From: Octopus bimaculoides
Lineage: Eukaryota
DNA: 64,000 nt
Direction of reading: 5' to 3'
NCBI RefSeq assembly: GCF_001194135.2
Contig: NC_069002.1
Location: 2,553,140 to 2,617,139, forward strand
Positions 14,990-29,301 of this stretch are shown piece by piece. A program made the position numbers and the translations under genes. The first letter of the stretch is position 1. The number at the start of each line of letters is the position of its first letter. Under the pieces are notes generated by a model, which worked only from the letters and a program-made list of their open reading frames with translations, was not told where the DNA came from and ran no database searches.

Positions 14990-17000
14990 AAAAACTTCAA
15001 CAGTAAACGCTTCTAATGAAGAATGGCGTTCACGTTTCGTTTACTCACAAAGGAATTCGACAGGTTCTATATCTTTACAATGCCTGTAGTCAGTTTTAAT
15101 CAATGCGAGATATAGTTGTAACTAAAGGATGCCAAAATTTAATACACTCAAGGCTATATCTTCAGTAAATGTTGAACCATAAGAGGGCACAGAGAATGGA
15201 CCTGTCAACAGATAATGTACACATTATTAGTAGAGTAAGAAGCCAAAATATATTGACATAGACAACTTCTACCTTTTATGAATAATTTCTTCCCTTCATT
15301 CACCACAAAAGCAACTGCTGTGTTACCTTTGGTGATATACCTGCAGGTACCGGCAGGTGCATCAACTGTTTTACTTCAACGAGCTCTTTCGTCAAGAATG
15401 AGACTTTAGCACTGATTTGAGATAAATGAGCTGCAGTCGGGCGAAAGTGAACCAAGGATGCCTCTACCGTCCGACTTGAAAAAGTTTGACACACTTATCG
15501 CATCAGTCCTTCAGGCTTTCTAAACATTATAAAAGATCTTGCAATGTGAAGCATCCTACCAGGCCTTTCACGAAACGTAAATCCATGAACTTTTTAACCC
15601 TCCCTCGNNNNNNNNNNATATATATATATATATATAGTATAGGTATGTTCATGTAAATGTGTTTGCATGTTTATGCGCAAATATATTTTGTTTAAGATTG
15701 CAGAATATGATATAATGAACATTTAGTTCCCATTCTTCAGCCTTTTGTGAAACAGCATCGTGAAACCTTGCTAACAAATTTATCGGAGTAAACCGATAAA
15801 AATCTTGCAAGTAATCTACTTCAAGCTTTGAAACGGGATCAGATCTTCTGTCTCAAGATGACAGGTTATCCTTTAATTATAGTCAGCAATCAAGGTTATC
15901 CTAAGATGGGTCATTCAACTTGTCATTCCTAACTTACTTAAGACATAACTTTTCCATTGGACCACCACTAGAGTAGTTCAACAATTCCTGTGAAGAAGCA
16001 CACTGAATGGTAAATGTGTACGAGTAGTAGTAGCCACACGAAATTTTACTAAATAAGGAGACCAATTGGCACGAAGTATTGAACAAACGATAAAACCGAA
16101 GGAGAGATTTTCTCACAAATTTCATAATACAACAGCAATGAATAATAGAATATAGCAAGTTTCCATCAGTCGTCCATCTGAGAAGAGTGAAATGACGGCA
16201 TTAAATTTTCAGCAAAGATTGTCAATAAGGGAATACCGAACCCAATAGGGATGTCATTTTTGTTAATGAAAATCCAACCTGATTAACACCCTTTTATACC
16301 GTTGAGAATCTTTGTCCAGCAGAAACAATTGATGAATGGAAGACAAAAGATGATAATAAAAAAGGGAGCTATAACGCACTCAATACAAACGTATTTGATT
16401 CTCTCTCTTTGAAATAGAATTATTCCTTGTTTAGTACAGAACACCCATAAAAACAGTAGCCCATGCATTGCAAGTACCATCTGAGGCAACGAGCAATTTC
16501 ATCCAGCCGACCAAACAGCATGATAAAGCTGAAGGGAAAGGAAGCTGCATACATCACTCAACTGCTAACCTAACATAGTGGATAGGAACCACCTGAAATG
16601 AAGTACGTTATTTCGCATAGATATTACTGATCCTCTATGATGCCGCTGCACTTACAAGCTTAATCCCCCACACACTCCACCTTGCAGTCTTTACAAAGAA
16701 TAGTCGCATTCGAAAATATAGACCCTACAACAAGTTTACCACTGTCTCACCGTCTCGTGAAATAAAGTGCCTTCATGCCCATTGATGGCAGCAATATGTT
16801 CAGCGAAAATTATGAAACGGTAATTGAAATCAAATGTGCCATTAAGCAACAGTAAAACAAGGCAGAAAGATAATCATTTAATGGCTCCCACCTCAAAATC
16901 TGTATATGCTATATTTCAGTTAGAAATAGCGTTGACATGACTACGACGTTCAGAGAATCACTTTGTCATCATAGGCTCCGTCTTACCTTGATGCCATTGA
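14990..17000 (+). mobile_element. Heavily decayed Ty3/Gypsy LTR-retrotransposon pol (RT, RNase H, integrase)
   Basis: Colinear motif remnants: EEWRSRFVY (cf. SEWAAPTVY) and STG...CL (cf. FSTGLNDCL) at about 15020-15085; DLS at 15199 followed by sequence resembling QVDEE...AKYLTIN; LPFG-like at about 15323; KFH-like at about 16115; RL...PIDG (cf. RLHIDFAGPLDG) at about 16750-16790; NGS (cf. DNGTQ) at about 16880. Many indels and stops. No LTRs recognised. Confidence 0.55.
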
Positions 17001-17079
17001 ACAGGAGAAAATTCCGGTATGGGAGATCAAGCCTTGCTTTTTGTGGTTCAATTTTTGCAAATCGATTTTTGTTGCTTAC

Positions 17080-17137
17080 AAAGAATAAGTCCTGGGGTCC
17101 ATTTATTCGACTAAAGGCGTTGCTCCAGCATGGCCGA
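17080..17137 (+). repeat. Interspersed repeat 3' tail fragment
   Basis: aaagaataagtcctggggtccatttattcgactaaaggcgttgctccagcatggccg is recalled as a common octopus repeat tail; a related inverted stretch lies near 54430. Confidence 0.4.
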
Positions 17138-17917
17138 AAATAAAAGAATAAAAGTATATATATATATATTTAATTATATGTATTTATTTTATCCTAATTA
17201 ATAATAATTCGGATAGAATAAATGGGTTGATAGAAACCAGGGTAGCAAAGATCACAAAATAACTGTGGTGTAATTCCTGTTTTTGAGGCAGAAACTCCTT
17301 GTCTTACGTTTAAGATGATCCCCATACATTTCCCTGAGGAGAAGTTTATAGTTTTAACATCGACGATTCCTATGGATCGCATAAATTGTAATTCTTCGAA
17401 ACATATGTCGGAATAAAGTATGCAGTTATAACATGCGTTCACTCCATTCCTTAAATTTATATATATATATATATATATATNNNNNNNNNNNNNNNNNNNN
17501 NNNNNNNNNNNNNNNNNNNNNNNNNNNNNNNNNNNNNNNNNNNNNNNNNNNNNNNNNNNNNNNNNNNNNNNNNNNNNNNNNNNNNNNNNNNNNNNNNNNN
17601 NNNNNNNNNNNNNNNNNNNNNNNNNNNNNNNNNNNNNNNNNNNNNNNNNNNNNNNNNNNNNNNNNNNNNNNNNNNNNNNNNNNNNNNNNNNNNNNNNNNN
17701 NNNNNNNNNNNNNNNNNNNNNNNNNNNNNNNNNNNNNNNNNNNNNNNNNNNNNNNNNNNNNNNNNNNNNNNNNNNNNNNNNNNNNNNNNNNNNNNNNNNN
17801 NNNNNNNNNNNNNNNNNNNNNNNNNNNNNNNNNNNNNNNNNNNNNNNNNNNNNNNNNNNNNNNNNNNNNNNNNNNNNNNNNNNNNNNNNNNNNNNNNNNN
17901 NNNNNNNNNNNNNNNNN

Positions 17918-17956
<39 letters not shown>

Positions 17957-19042
17957 ATTGCTTTTTGGCGTGAATATTGTGAGAGTAAATGGTGAACTTG
18001 ATGGAAACATAAATCCAAAGACGCTATTTGTTATCAGGGTCTGAGGAAAGCTAAAGTATGTTTAGTAAAAACATACCATTTGATTAAGTACTTAAATCCT
18101 AGTAAAAGGTGGTTTGAGCAGCCCCTTGCAAGATTTTGCTGCTTGAAATCTTACTGGGTCAGCATTGAAATTCACGAAAATTGCCCAAATTTAGAAATAC
18201 TTGTATAGGATAGTAATTTTTCAACAATTTCTTCGACTTAAAACCCTGGGTATTTTAAAATAATATTGTGAATTATTAACAATTGATAGGCATTATAAAG
18301 ACGGAAAATTGAAAATCAAAGAAGCACTATCAAATTCGAAATAAAATAATATTTCAATTCGAATTAAATTTAACAATACTTTTTCATCTGAAAGAAAATT
18401 AAATCAATTAGGCTTTCAAGAAAAGTAGAACTAAAAAAGAAGTTTGAGGATAAGCAAAAACTATTTCTATAATTTTTCTTATAGATTTAATCTCAACTGA
18501 AATATAAGTTTGCAATTTTGTAAAATATGAAAAGTCTCTTACATTTAGGCTCTAAAATTGGAAGCAAATAAGCAAAATACTTCGATACGATATTGAATAA
18601 TGGAATCGCAAATTGAAAATGGCAATACGTATATGTGTGTTCACTTTTTAAAGGAAATAGTCCAAGAAAGAATCGAATAAGGCTAAAGACAGAAAATCAA
18701 ATTCAGATATTATTAAAATAATAATAAAACATTTTGTTTCAAATTTTGTTAAAAAGCTAGTATTTTAGCTGGAGTGGTACGTCAATTTCCTCAACCGTAA
18801 TTCTCAACATGTACACGTTTCATTGACTCCAAACGAATGAAGGAATTATCGACGTCGTTGGAATGTGGACTCAGAACGTAACAAGTGAAAAACGTAATCT
18901 GAAATTTTGGCGCAAAGTCAGCTATTTTAGACGAAAAGGCAGCTAATTACTTCGACTCTACTGATCAGGTGGTATTCATTTTATCTTCTCTAAAAGCGAT
19001 GAAGAGAAACGTCAGCATCGCATTATTTGAAACCAGTAAAGC

Positions 19043-19138
19043 GGCGAGCTGCCAGAAGTGTTAGCGCGCCGGGCGAAATGCTTAGTGGTTTCTCGTCTGC
19101 CGTTACGTTCTGAGTTCAAATTCCACCGAGGTCAACAA
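19043..19138 (+). mobile_element. SINE family A, 5' portion
   Basis: ggcgagctgccagaagtgttagcgcgccgggcgaaatgcttagt...gagttcaaattccaccgaggtc matches the copy at 45124. Confidence 0.85.
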
Positions 19139-21521
19139 GTATATAGGAACCAGAATCAGTTCTTGAAAGCGGAAGTCAAAATCTTTTTAAAGTCATGTTT
19201 AAAAGCGAAAGTGGAACGCGAACTTTCCCTGTCTCTTCTTCTGTGGCAAATCTCTCTTTACAGAGCCCTTTCTCCTCCCCTTTGCCATCTAAGTTTACCT
19301 CTCTCACACTAGTCTTACACGCTTATCAATTTCTTGCTTTGTCAACAGTTGTTATCTACGACATTTTTTATTATTATCGTTTTCTATATTATTGTCTTCC
19401 TGTGCGTGTCCTCTACAATAATTTCAGGGTTGTGAAGAGGAATGCTTCTTACATTTCTTTTTAACATGCTTCTTGCATATTTTTACATGATTCTTGCATA
19501 TTCATTGGCATCTTTATATTTTCTTGTGCTTGACACAGCGCAGCTGCAGAGCTGCTAGCACTTAATTTGTGCCTTTTGTCGTTTTCCGCGATTGTGAATC
19601 GTATTGGTGTTAATGGTGATAGTAGCGGTGATGGTGGCTGAATTTTCACGTTATATGTAAAGACTTTGCTTTTCTTTTTCCTGTTTTTTTCTTTTTCGTT
19701 CTTGTCATTGCTTTGGTCGGCCATGGTGGTGTGTGTTATTGTTGTTTTTATCGTTGCAACTGATTCTGCTGGTACTTGTCTCCTGCCATGTTTCATAGAT
19801 TGGCTGCTTGAGATTGACTGCGAAGGTGAATTTCGCCTTCAAAACCGTTCCCCACCTTCCTCTTCTCTTGGTTCAGCGACAAAGACACCGCCATAATAAG
19901 TTTTTTCAACATTTCGAAAAGAAAATATTTCTTTTCGAAATTTTGCTTCATAGAGCAACATAATAACTTTTGTTCAGACCCTTATCGCCTGCTCAAAACG
20001 TGAAATATTATACAACAAAAGGTTTCAAAATAAGATTTATTTAACTGTGGAGCCAGTGAAAGATTGTATGTCTTCCTCCCGTACTTACAGTCACAAACGT
20101 AGACGTGTACATACATATATACATCAGTAATTATGTGTTAATGTAATTAGTATAAAAGGTATTGGGTTCTAAAACTCCTTTCCAAAATTTTTATTCCAAG
20201 ATATATTGTATGTCTTCAATATTTAATATTTAAATCACTGATTTCGTTGGCATTTTTGTGAGAAATTGGTACAGGTTTGAAATAGTTTGAAAGCGTAACA
20301 TTAGATAGTCTTATGAGTAAGCCTTTCATCTATCTATCTATTTACTTATATATCTACGTATCTATCTATCTACGTTTCTATTCTACTCTATTCTATTCCA
20401 TAGACACACACACACACACACACACACACANNNNNNNNNNNNNNNNNNNNNNNNNNNNNNNNNNNNNNNNNNNNNNNNNNNNNNNNNNNNNNNNNNNNNN
20501 NNNNNNNNNNNNNNNNNNNNNNNNNNNNNNNNNNNNNNNNNNNNNNNNNNNNNNNNNNNNNNNNNNNNNNNNNNNNNNNNNNNNNNNNNNNNNNNNNNNN
20601 NNNNNNNNNNNNNNNNNNNNNNNNNNNNNNNNNNNNNNNNNATATATATATATATATACATATGCATATATATATTTATCTATTTAGGTACTCCATCTAA
20701 TTCTTGATGTATACATGTATATCTATATGTTTCTCTGTCTTTCTCTCTCGCTACATATGTGCGTGTATAAGTATGTATCTGTGCGCACGCACACGCCGAT
20801 GTTTGTGCGTGCATGTGTGTGTGTGGGGGGGGGGCGTACATATTTATACATGTACGTAAAAATTATGTATTTGCATGTATAGAGTTGTTCCACACTTATT
20901 TTCACATCCCGTTTCTCAACACAATAAATGTAGTAACATTCACACAAACACTTATCTAGACGTACGTCCAACATCTCTCTATAGAGTGACAAGAACTCTT
21001 CTAAACACTATTAGAGTTTCTTTAATCATATATTCTAACCAGAGGCTTTTCGCTTTTGCTACTATAGATAACTGTGTCTACATCGTAGGTGATTACATGT
21101 TCTGCATAACCAAATAGGAATGAAGCATACACTGCAAAAATGAGTCTCCGGTTCGAGCCAATGCTGTGGCATCCTGAGCAAAAGTCTTTTAACGGAAATT
21201 CGTTCGACCTATGCGTGTGAAACTGCATAGAAAGAAATGACGTGAAAATCTATAGAAATTATTGTAACAGCAAATTTAGGGTCCCATCTTCTAACATTGT
21301 TCCAACTTATTTTCATTTGATTATCCCGTTAAAGATACACGCGTCATTGTGTATATGTGGAATGTTCAGCCACTTAAGTGGTTAACGCAGTGGAAAGGTA
21401 ATTCATTTCGTTGAACAACAGAGTAATGATTGTCGAAGCAAAGGATACACACATGCACGCGAGCACACACACAAAAATGATTGTCGAAGCAAATGTATAC
21501 ACACATGCGCGCACACACACT

Positions 21522-21576
<55 letters not shown>

Positions 21577-21870
21577 GCTGGAATCGCCCCGGGGCTAGTC
21601 ACTGGGATTTCGAATATCGGCAAATTGAAGCCCGAGGCTAGAATAGATGAATAGAATCTTCGACACGTATTTAGTATTTTTCCTCTCATATATATATATA
21701 TATATATATATACATATGTATACATATCTATGCATGCATACTTATAAATATACACGTGTGTCTCTGTGTGTGAAAATGCTTATTTTTCTATTTATGGATA
21801 TCAAGACACATATGTGTGCCTGTGTGCGTGTGTATCCTGTGTTTTAGGAAAGGGTGTGTAGGCGAGTTTG

Positions 21871-21910
<40 letters not shown>

Positions 21911-22259
21911 AAGAGAGAGAAAAATAGGTAGAGGCAGACTACGACAAAGACCAAGAGTTATACTGAGTTAGATTAAATGAAAATTATTCTAGAATGAAAT
22001 GTTCACATAATAATTCAATGCGAAAGACCAGCTTATATCCACGACAGTGCGGCTATCACAACCGAAAATGGTTTCACTATGCTGCATACGGAATAACTAG
22101 TCTCACATATGTTGAGTTATTTCTGATATGAGTTATGTAACGCCACGTTAAAAATAGTGGTTTTGTTTCAAAATGTTTAAGATTACAATCAAGAAACAAG
22201 AAAAATGTATTTTTTTAAGATAGAAATGAACTGACCCAGATATAAATGAATGGCAGGAG

Positions 22260-22736
22260 TTAGAAAATGATGCAGTCATATTGTTTGAATCTTGAGTCAG
22301 ATATAGTTGTTTTTTCAAATACATTCCTACCTATAGCAATCCCATTTTCAGATATAATTTATTTAGGATTTCTATTATTTATAAAGTATTTTTGAGAGAG
22401 GACTGTAATTTCTTGCAAGTTCACCCGACGTCTTATATGTTCAGTGCTGGCAAAAGTATATATCGCCATCTTTGTTACAATGAGTGGATGGTGGCTGGGT
22501 AGTTCAATAAGTGTACCTGATGAGATAAAATCTACTGCAACCCATTTCTGTGTTGGTAGCTTCCTGCCAAATCCAGAATTCAATAATTCATAGCCAGGAA
22601 TGATGAGAAATTTATTCAGACGTGAGGCGTAAATATTTTGGTTCAAAACCAAGAATATTTTTACGACTGAACGATTAATTTGAATATTTCGTACTCGGTT
22701 ACACGCCAATAGTATATTCTCACTCGTTAGCTTCAA
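22260..22736 (-). mobile_element. Decayed RTE-type LINE, N-terminal APE endonuclease fragment
   Basis: ORF 22359-22736 resembles the start of RTE ORFs: MKLTSENI (cf. MxLATWNV), ASRL...PGYELLNSG (cf. SETRL...GYTFFWxG), RKLPTQKWVAVDFISSGTLIELP (cf. KPxxEKRxHGVGFAIxxxLLxxLP). Downstream NG...FEKTTISDSRFKQ resembles NG...LxITNTxFxQ. Confidence 0.5.
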
Positions 22737-23819
22737 GATCTATCATTGACTAGATTCCAGGCATGTACACATTCGGACATAATTTTTCCGTGTATCTATA
22801 TAGATTTATTCACGTATATAACCACATTCATATCGTCTCGTCTATGTGTTGCATTGTATGAATTGTCGTAGTTACAAAGTCAAAATCCTCAATGAAAAAT
22901 TCCATGATGGAATGAAGGCATTTTTCTGTGTCGGTGGTACTCAACCTAGACGCATCTGCAAGGAAGAATTCAGTTGTCACAAATTGTGACTACAGGATCA
23001 TTGTAGCACCAACATTGCTAGAAATAAGAGTTAAAGACCCTTACACTTACTGACATAGCACAAGTCTATGTACTGGCAGGGGGGTTATCTGCTCCATAAC
23101 GAGCGAGGGCACTGCTAAATATATATATATATATATATATANNNNNNNNNNNNNNNNNNNNNNNNNNNNNNNNNNNNNNNNNNNNNNNNNNNNNNNNNNN
23201 NNNNNNNNNNNNNNNNNNNNNNNNNNNNNNNNNNNNNNNNNNNNNNNNNNNNNNNNNNNNNNNNNNNNNNNNNNNNNNNNNNNNNNNNNNNNNNNNNNNN
23301 NNNNNNNNNNNNNNNNNNNNNNNNNNNNNNNNNNNTATATATATATATATATATATGAAATGTATTATTGAACAATGAGGACGATTGCTAAACATTGCAT
23401 TAGTAGATAAAGATTCTTTATTTGTGTATTTAGGCTAAGATTGGTTTGATGTTCAACAATACCTGAAGTGCTATCAGGTCTATCACATGGAACATAGATG
23501 TTAGTCTCCATTTTGGATCATTACCATCTTTGTAAGTCGGACTCGAGGCAATAGAGTTATATGGTTTCAATTTTGAATTGATGCTGTTATTTACTCTGCG
23601 TGATAGTATTTTCTGTCTGTATTTAAGCAATTGTATATTTGTAAGATACGACGATATGTATTCATTTGTATGATCAAAGTTGTTGCTCATCGAAGTAGAA
23701 CAGTAGCCTCATGGCTGCTGTCCAGAAATATAATTGTCAGATACAAGCAGCAACATACGGCGTGACAAGTCTGATGGACATTTAAATATATAGTACTTAT
23801 CAACTAATCAGGCTTCACA

Positions 23820-23915
23820 CTGTATATGTCTGCTTCCTTCCACTCGCCAGACAAGGATCGGTGCTGGCATTGGGTAAAAGAAAATTCTCGAAAATGCCAC
23901 GCAGTGTAACGTCTG
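23820..23915 (-). mobile_element. SINE family B fragment
   Basis: tgccacgcagtg is the reverse complement of cactgcgtggca in the copy at 39115, with degenerate flanks. Confidence 0.35.
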
Positions 23916-24081
23916 TAAAGTTCTCAAATGTATGTAAGTATGTATGTATGTGTGTATGTATGTATGCATGTATGTATCGACGGATGGATGTGTGGATGGA
24001 TGTACACACGTGTACAACAAAAGTATGTATATCTGTCTGTGAATGTATATGTTTCTATGCACTTATATATAAATGTATGAG

Positions 24082-24122
<41 letters not shown>

Positions 24123-27100
24123 GCATACATAGAGATAGATAGAGAGAGATACATGCATATGTATATATAAATATATATGAGTTTGCATGTATCTGTGTGT
24201 ATAAATATTCATTAAATATATTTATATATACATATGTATGCATCATATATGCATATGTACATGTGTAAATATACGTAATATATAAGTAAATATATATATA
24301 TATGATATAGATATGTGTATATACTTATATAAATTTAGATGATGTTATTTTCATGTATGTGTACTTTTATATATTTTTGCACGCACATGCATGTATGCAT
24401 GTATGTATGCATGTATGTATGTATGTATTTATGTATGCATGTATGTATGCATGCATGTATGTATGTATGTATGTATGTATGTATGTATGTATACAGCCAT
24501 ATGCTCATGGGTGATATAACATTTAGGCGTAGATGATGTCGTTATTCCGAATGCAACATTGGAAATCTCTTCTGACAGATACAGACGTGTTAGTAATGAG
24601 AATTGTCATAATGAATATTAATACATATAAATGAGGAGAAAACGACTGTTTCCGCAGGATTTCCATGTAAATATCTTTACCCCGGTTTCTTATTCTTTTC
24701 CTCTTTCATTCATATCTCCGTGTGAAGCAGAAATATGCTTCCATCACTGTCCTAACACAGATGGAAGCATGTTATTAACTCTCTCTATAAAACTAATTAG
24801 AATCTCTCAAAGCGATACCACTCTTCAGTATTATCTGTCGTTACGCAGTTGCTAAGCGCAGCAGAATCGTACAACGCAAGGAAATGAGATATAAACGCTG
24901 CTTGATTAAGCAAGGAGTGATTCACAAATACATTTCTTCTAAATTTTAGAGGCACTGCAGTCTGCCTGTCTTTTCTATCGTTTGCTAAAATAACTAGTTT
25001 TGTTTTATACCATCTTTCTCTTGGTTACCGACACCTACGTCCTTCTTGCTCCTGTTTCAGGTATGCAGTCCTGTTCTGTATTTACCTTACTTGCTTTTTC
25101 TTTTTGTTCTATATACACCGAATGTTAACACGCCATTTTCCCGTCAATTATTCATTTGCTAGGGCTGGAAGAAGTCGTTGTGTTCACGGATCTCCTATAT
25201 ACATATATTATGATGCCAATGACGACGATGGCTTACAACTCGTAACCTAGCAAGGCCATCACTGACCGTTGGCCATGCAGACTGCCAGCAATGCCCGTAC
25301 ATGAGGTTATTGCACCAGCAGTCGGCAAATGCCATTAAGTATTTTGTACGGCGTGCAAACGATTCTCTACGTTGCTATTTCTTAAAACCTCGAATATTTT
25401 ATATGGATTTCATTAAATTCCTACATTTTGTCTAATTTCACAGCTCTTAAGTCATTTCTTTTTATTTCAAACAATCCATTTCCTTTTCCACACACATTTT
25501 TATTCACATATCCTCGATGCACACACACGCACGCTCAGGCACAAAAAACACACACACAAACAAATACACACATACACACACACACGCTTGCATACGCATA
25601 CATAAACATACATATATATATATATANNNNNNNNNNNNNNNNNNNNNNNNNNNNNNNNNNNNNNNNNNNNNNNNNNNNNNNNNNNNNNNNNNNNNNNNNN
25701 NNNNNNNNNNNNNNNNNNNNNNNNNNNNNNNNNNNNNNNNNNNNNNNNNNNNNNNNNNNNNNNNNNNNNNNNNNNNNNNNNNNNNNNNNNNNNNNNNNNN
25801 NNNNNNNNNNNNNNNNNNNNNNNNNNNNNNNNNNNNNNNNNNNNNNNNNNNATATATATATATATATATATACATATCTATAAATATATACATATACGTG
25901 TATATATTTATTTCTCCTCATGTCTTAAATACATGCACGCACGCACGCACACACACACATACACATATATATATTATTTATTAACTTAGCTGTACATTTA
26001 ATCATTGAAACTAATACATTGAGGTATACATTGTATTGTATCATTACATATCGTGTCGTGTTGGTTTTGCTATTTCACACCAGCCCCACACAACAATATA
26101 TTTACTTTCACGTCCATTTAATAACCCCGAGGCGAAGATTTTTGTCACGTTTTAATTCATTAAAATACTTTTCACGCTTACATCTCTGATTTCTTGAAAC
26201 CCTGGAGAATAAATTATTCTCATCAACCATCAGTATTTGGTATATTATAATTTCCCCAGGTAAGCCCCACAAATATTAATGTTTCACATTCACCTGAGTA
26301 ATAATTTAATCTATTTTAATTTGCTGATTATTAGATATAATTTCGTACTATTTCTTATTATTAAATACATTTTCCTACCACAAGTTATATTAATTTGTTC
26401 ACGAACACTATAGTTCTCTGTCATTTTTTTTTCTTTCGCTATTTTTCGTCTTTAATTCAAGTTAAACTATATTAGTGTAAACTACTTTTTCTCTGCTACC
26501 AATTATTTATTTATTTAATAAAGCCACAATGATTAAAATAAAACTCTGTAGATTTATATTTAGAAAACTCAAGTATACAAACAGTTGCAATGACCTTCAC
26601 TGGTCTCATTTTCACGTAGGAGAAACTCTTCATAAATGCACAGGGTCTTCAGGGAATTTTACTACAAAAGGCAATTACAGCAGCGAAACTTTTATCTAAG
26701 TACGGATGTACACAAACATAATTTACTTGTTTATTGATACTATTAATTGGGTTACAAGTCAACTGAAACTGATATATTCATACATATTTGTATATGTATA
26801 TACATATATGTATGTATGTGTATGTGCGTGTGTGCGAATAATAAGAAAAAGGAGATTTTGAAGTAAATAAGAATTTATTATCTGCCAAACATTGATCATT
26901 ATCTCTTACAGCTGTTTCAGTTACGCTCTGTGAAATAAAAATGCGCAAAATTCATATTTCTGAACTTAATGTCTTCGGAGTGAAAAAAGAATGTATCCTT
27001 TAAAATATTATGTGTTAGTTGTTTGAATAATGACGGCAGACTCACTGCTGAGATGATTTAAAAACACATATTTGAAACACATGGTTAGAACAACTAACAC

Positions 27101-27924
27101 ATAATATATTTTTCATTTATTGTCGCCTGAAAAATCTACCAAATGCATAACGAGTATATGTGGAAGATTGTATATATCTCTTGAAATTTTGTTTCAAGAT
27201 AGTTTCGCTCTAACCAAGAAGTCCCTGCAAATTTTGTTATGTGACATTATATATATATATATATATTCAAATTTTTTGGCAGTTTTTAATATAAGATTTA
27301 ACGTTAAACTAATATAAGATTTAACGTTAAACTAAATTACTCCACATATTTTGCAGATTATATATCTATTATATCTTTACTACAATAAGGGATAATAGTG
27401 ACTTCGAAGTTTCGGCCTGTAAGCCTTCGTCGGACAGTGTGTTTACACTCTCACTCACTTACCCAGGCACATACATGTTTAAAGATATGTGTATGTATAT
27501 AACGTGTATGTATATATATGTTTATATACGTGCACATACAACAACATAGATATGTATATATGTGTGTGCTTATGAATGTTTTATGTATGTGTGTGCGTAC
27601 CAGTCCATGTGCGCCAGCTACTTTGAATGTTAACTTCGTTATGAAATGTTCTCGATTTTTAAGACAGCATGGTGCATAGTGTGAAAAGAAAAATAGATGG
27701 GAAATAAATTGCTCAAATTATTTTTCCATGCTGATTACTGTAATACAGGAGGAGGGAAAAAATTGCCAAGTTTTGTACCGTTAAAGTGAATTATACATTT
27801 TTGAAGGGGGAAATTTTCCGGAACGTTATATTACATTCATTAGAATATTTGAAAATTAGGAAGAGAGAAAAATATCAGAAAAATGTAATTATATAACAAA
27901 CAACATTATACGTTCAGGGAAAAC

Positions 27925-28225
27925 ATCATCATCATCACTATAATCAATTTCATCATCATCATCATTATCATCATCATCATCATCCTCATCATTATCAACA
28001 CCATCAGCAGCAGCAGTAACATTATCATTATCATCATTATCACACCAGCAGCAACAGCAACAGAAGCATCAGCATCATAAGCAACAACAAACATATTTAG
28101 TGAAATAAGAACAAGTTTGGTGCCGAGGATTTTGAGAATAACTGCAGGAAAAAGAAAAAAAAGACAGCAAAAGAAAATGATAAGATTAACAACAGTAAAA
28201 ATAATTACAATAAGTCGAGTATCAT

Positions 28226-28278
<53 letters not shown>

Positions 28279-28400
28279 CATGGTGAATGTGCTGGTGGTC
28301 AAGCTGGATGTCGGGGTCATGGTATGGAAGTGATGATGGCGATGGTGGTGGTATTACAAGTAGTAGAAGAAGAACAAAAAACAATAAGATTAGATGGAAA
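27925..28400. repeat. Cluster of trinucleotide repeats: (CAT/CAG)n, (AGT)n and degenerate (GGT/GAT)n
   Basis: (CAT)n-like 27925-28085; perfect (AGT)n about 28225-28278. Confidence 0.9.
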
Positions 28401-28956
28401 AAGAAGAAAGAGACGGTGGATTTCAATTCATTACAAGGGCTCAAGCTGCATCGGACAGTACAAAAGCGAAATACACAAAGACGAAAAAAAAAATACATAT
28501 AAAATATGATTGTGTGAAGCACACAATTAAAGTAAGAATATGCATAAAATTTGAGGTGAAGAATACGAATAAATATATACAGAAATAGCAAAATTTTCAG
28601 CACTGACTGTACGGAACAACAAAACCAACAAAATGTCTTCTTGAGTTGTCATCCAAGTAATGTCATTCAGAATACACCACACTTAAACTTGGATTACAAT
28701 AAAGAGTAGGAACCAACTTTCAACATTTTACTTCTTTTTTTTTTTCTGTTACAAAACTATTGTCGCATTCAAAGCTAGTTTACGCCTGAAAATCGCACAT
28801 AACTTTCCCGAATGATATTAATACACTGGTGTACTGCAGCTTACATTCACATTGCAACTCATGGGGAAAATACTTAAATTGATGTGAGCTTGTCTTTGAG
28901 AGTAAATAATATGAGGAAATTATGAACGATTCTAAAATGATAATAATGATAACAAC

Positions 28957-28988
<32 letters not shown>

Positions 28989-29250
28989 TAATAATCATGT
29001 TGCTTAGAAAATTATAATACTGTTAATAACTGAAATGAAAACCATTAAATAAACCTAATTGGAAATTTATGGATTGTCAGTAAAAACTACATTATTATCT
29101 GAAGTATTTTCTCCCAATTTCCCCGAATTGACTGACAATCAATAAATTTGCGCAGAAATTAGTCCTTAAAATATATGAATAAATAATGCGCTGAAACGTC
29201 GGTGTGTACATACATACATATTACATACATATATACATACATACACACAC

Positions 29251-29301
<51 letters not shown>

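Noticed and set aside
19666-19896. 76-aa ORF with a hydrophobic N-terminus resembling a signal peptide
   Set aside because: The hydrophobicity comes from T-rich low-complexity sequence, and no family was recognised.
14950-22480. Apparent homology between GNSIFRSFCYD (14952) and GKSIYRHLCYN (about 22448), suggesting paralogous exons
   Set aside because: The first sits at the edge of the Gypsy relic and the second is antisense to the RTE endonuclease relic. An 11-residue match among many frames is compatible with chance.
25160-25245. Exon-like stretch giving GWKK, EEVVVFTD and YYDANDDDGLQ in different frames
   Set aside because: The suggestive words lie in three different frames with no consistent splice phase.
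27288-27335. Short perfect tandem duplications (23 nt here, 19 nt at about 55325-55360, and similar at about 48365-48410)
   Set aside because: Two-copy slippage products without spacers; not CRISPR-like and common in such genomes.
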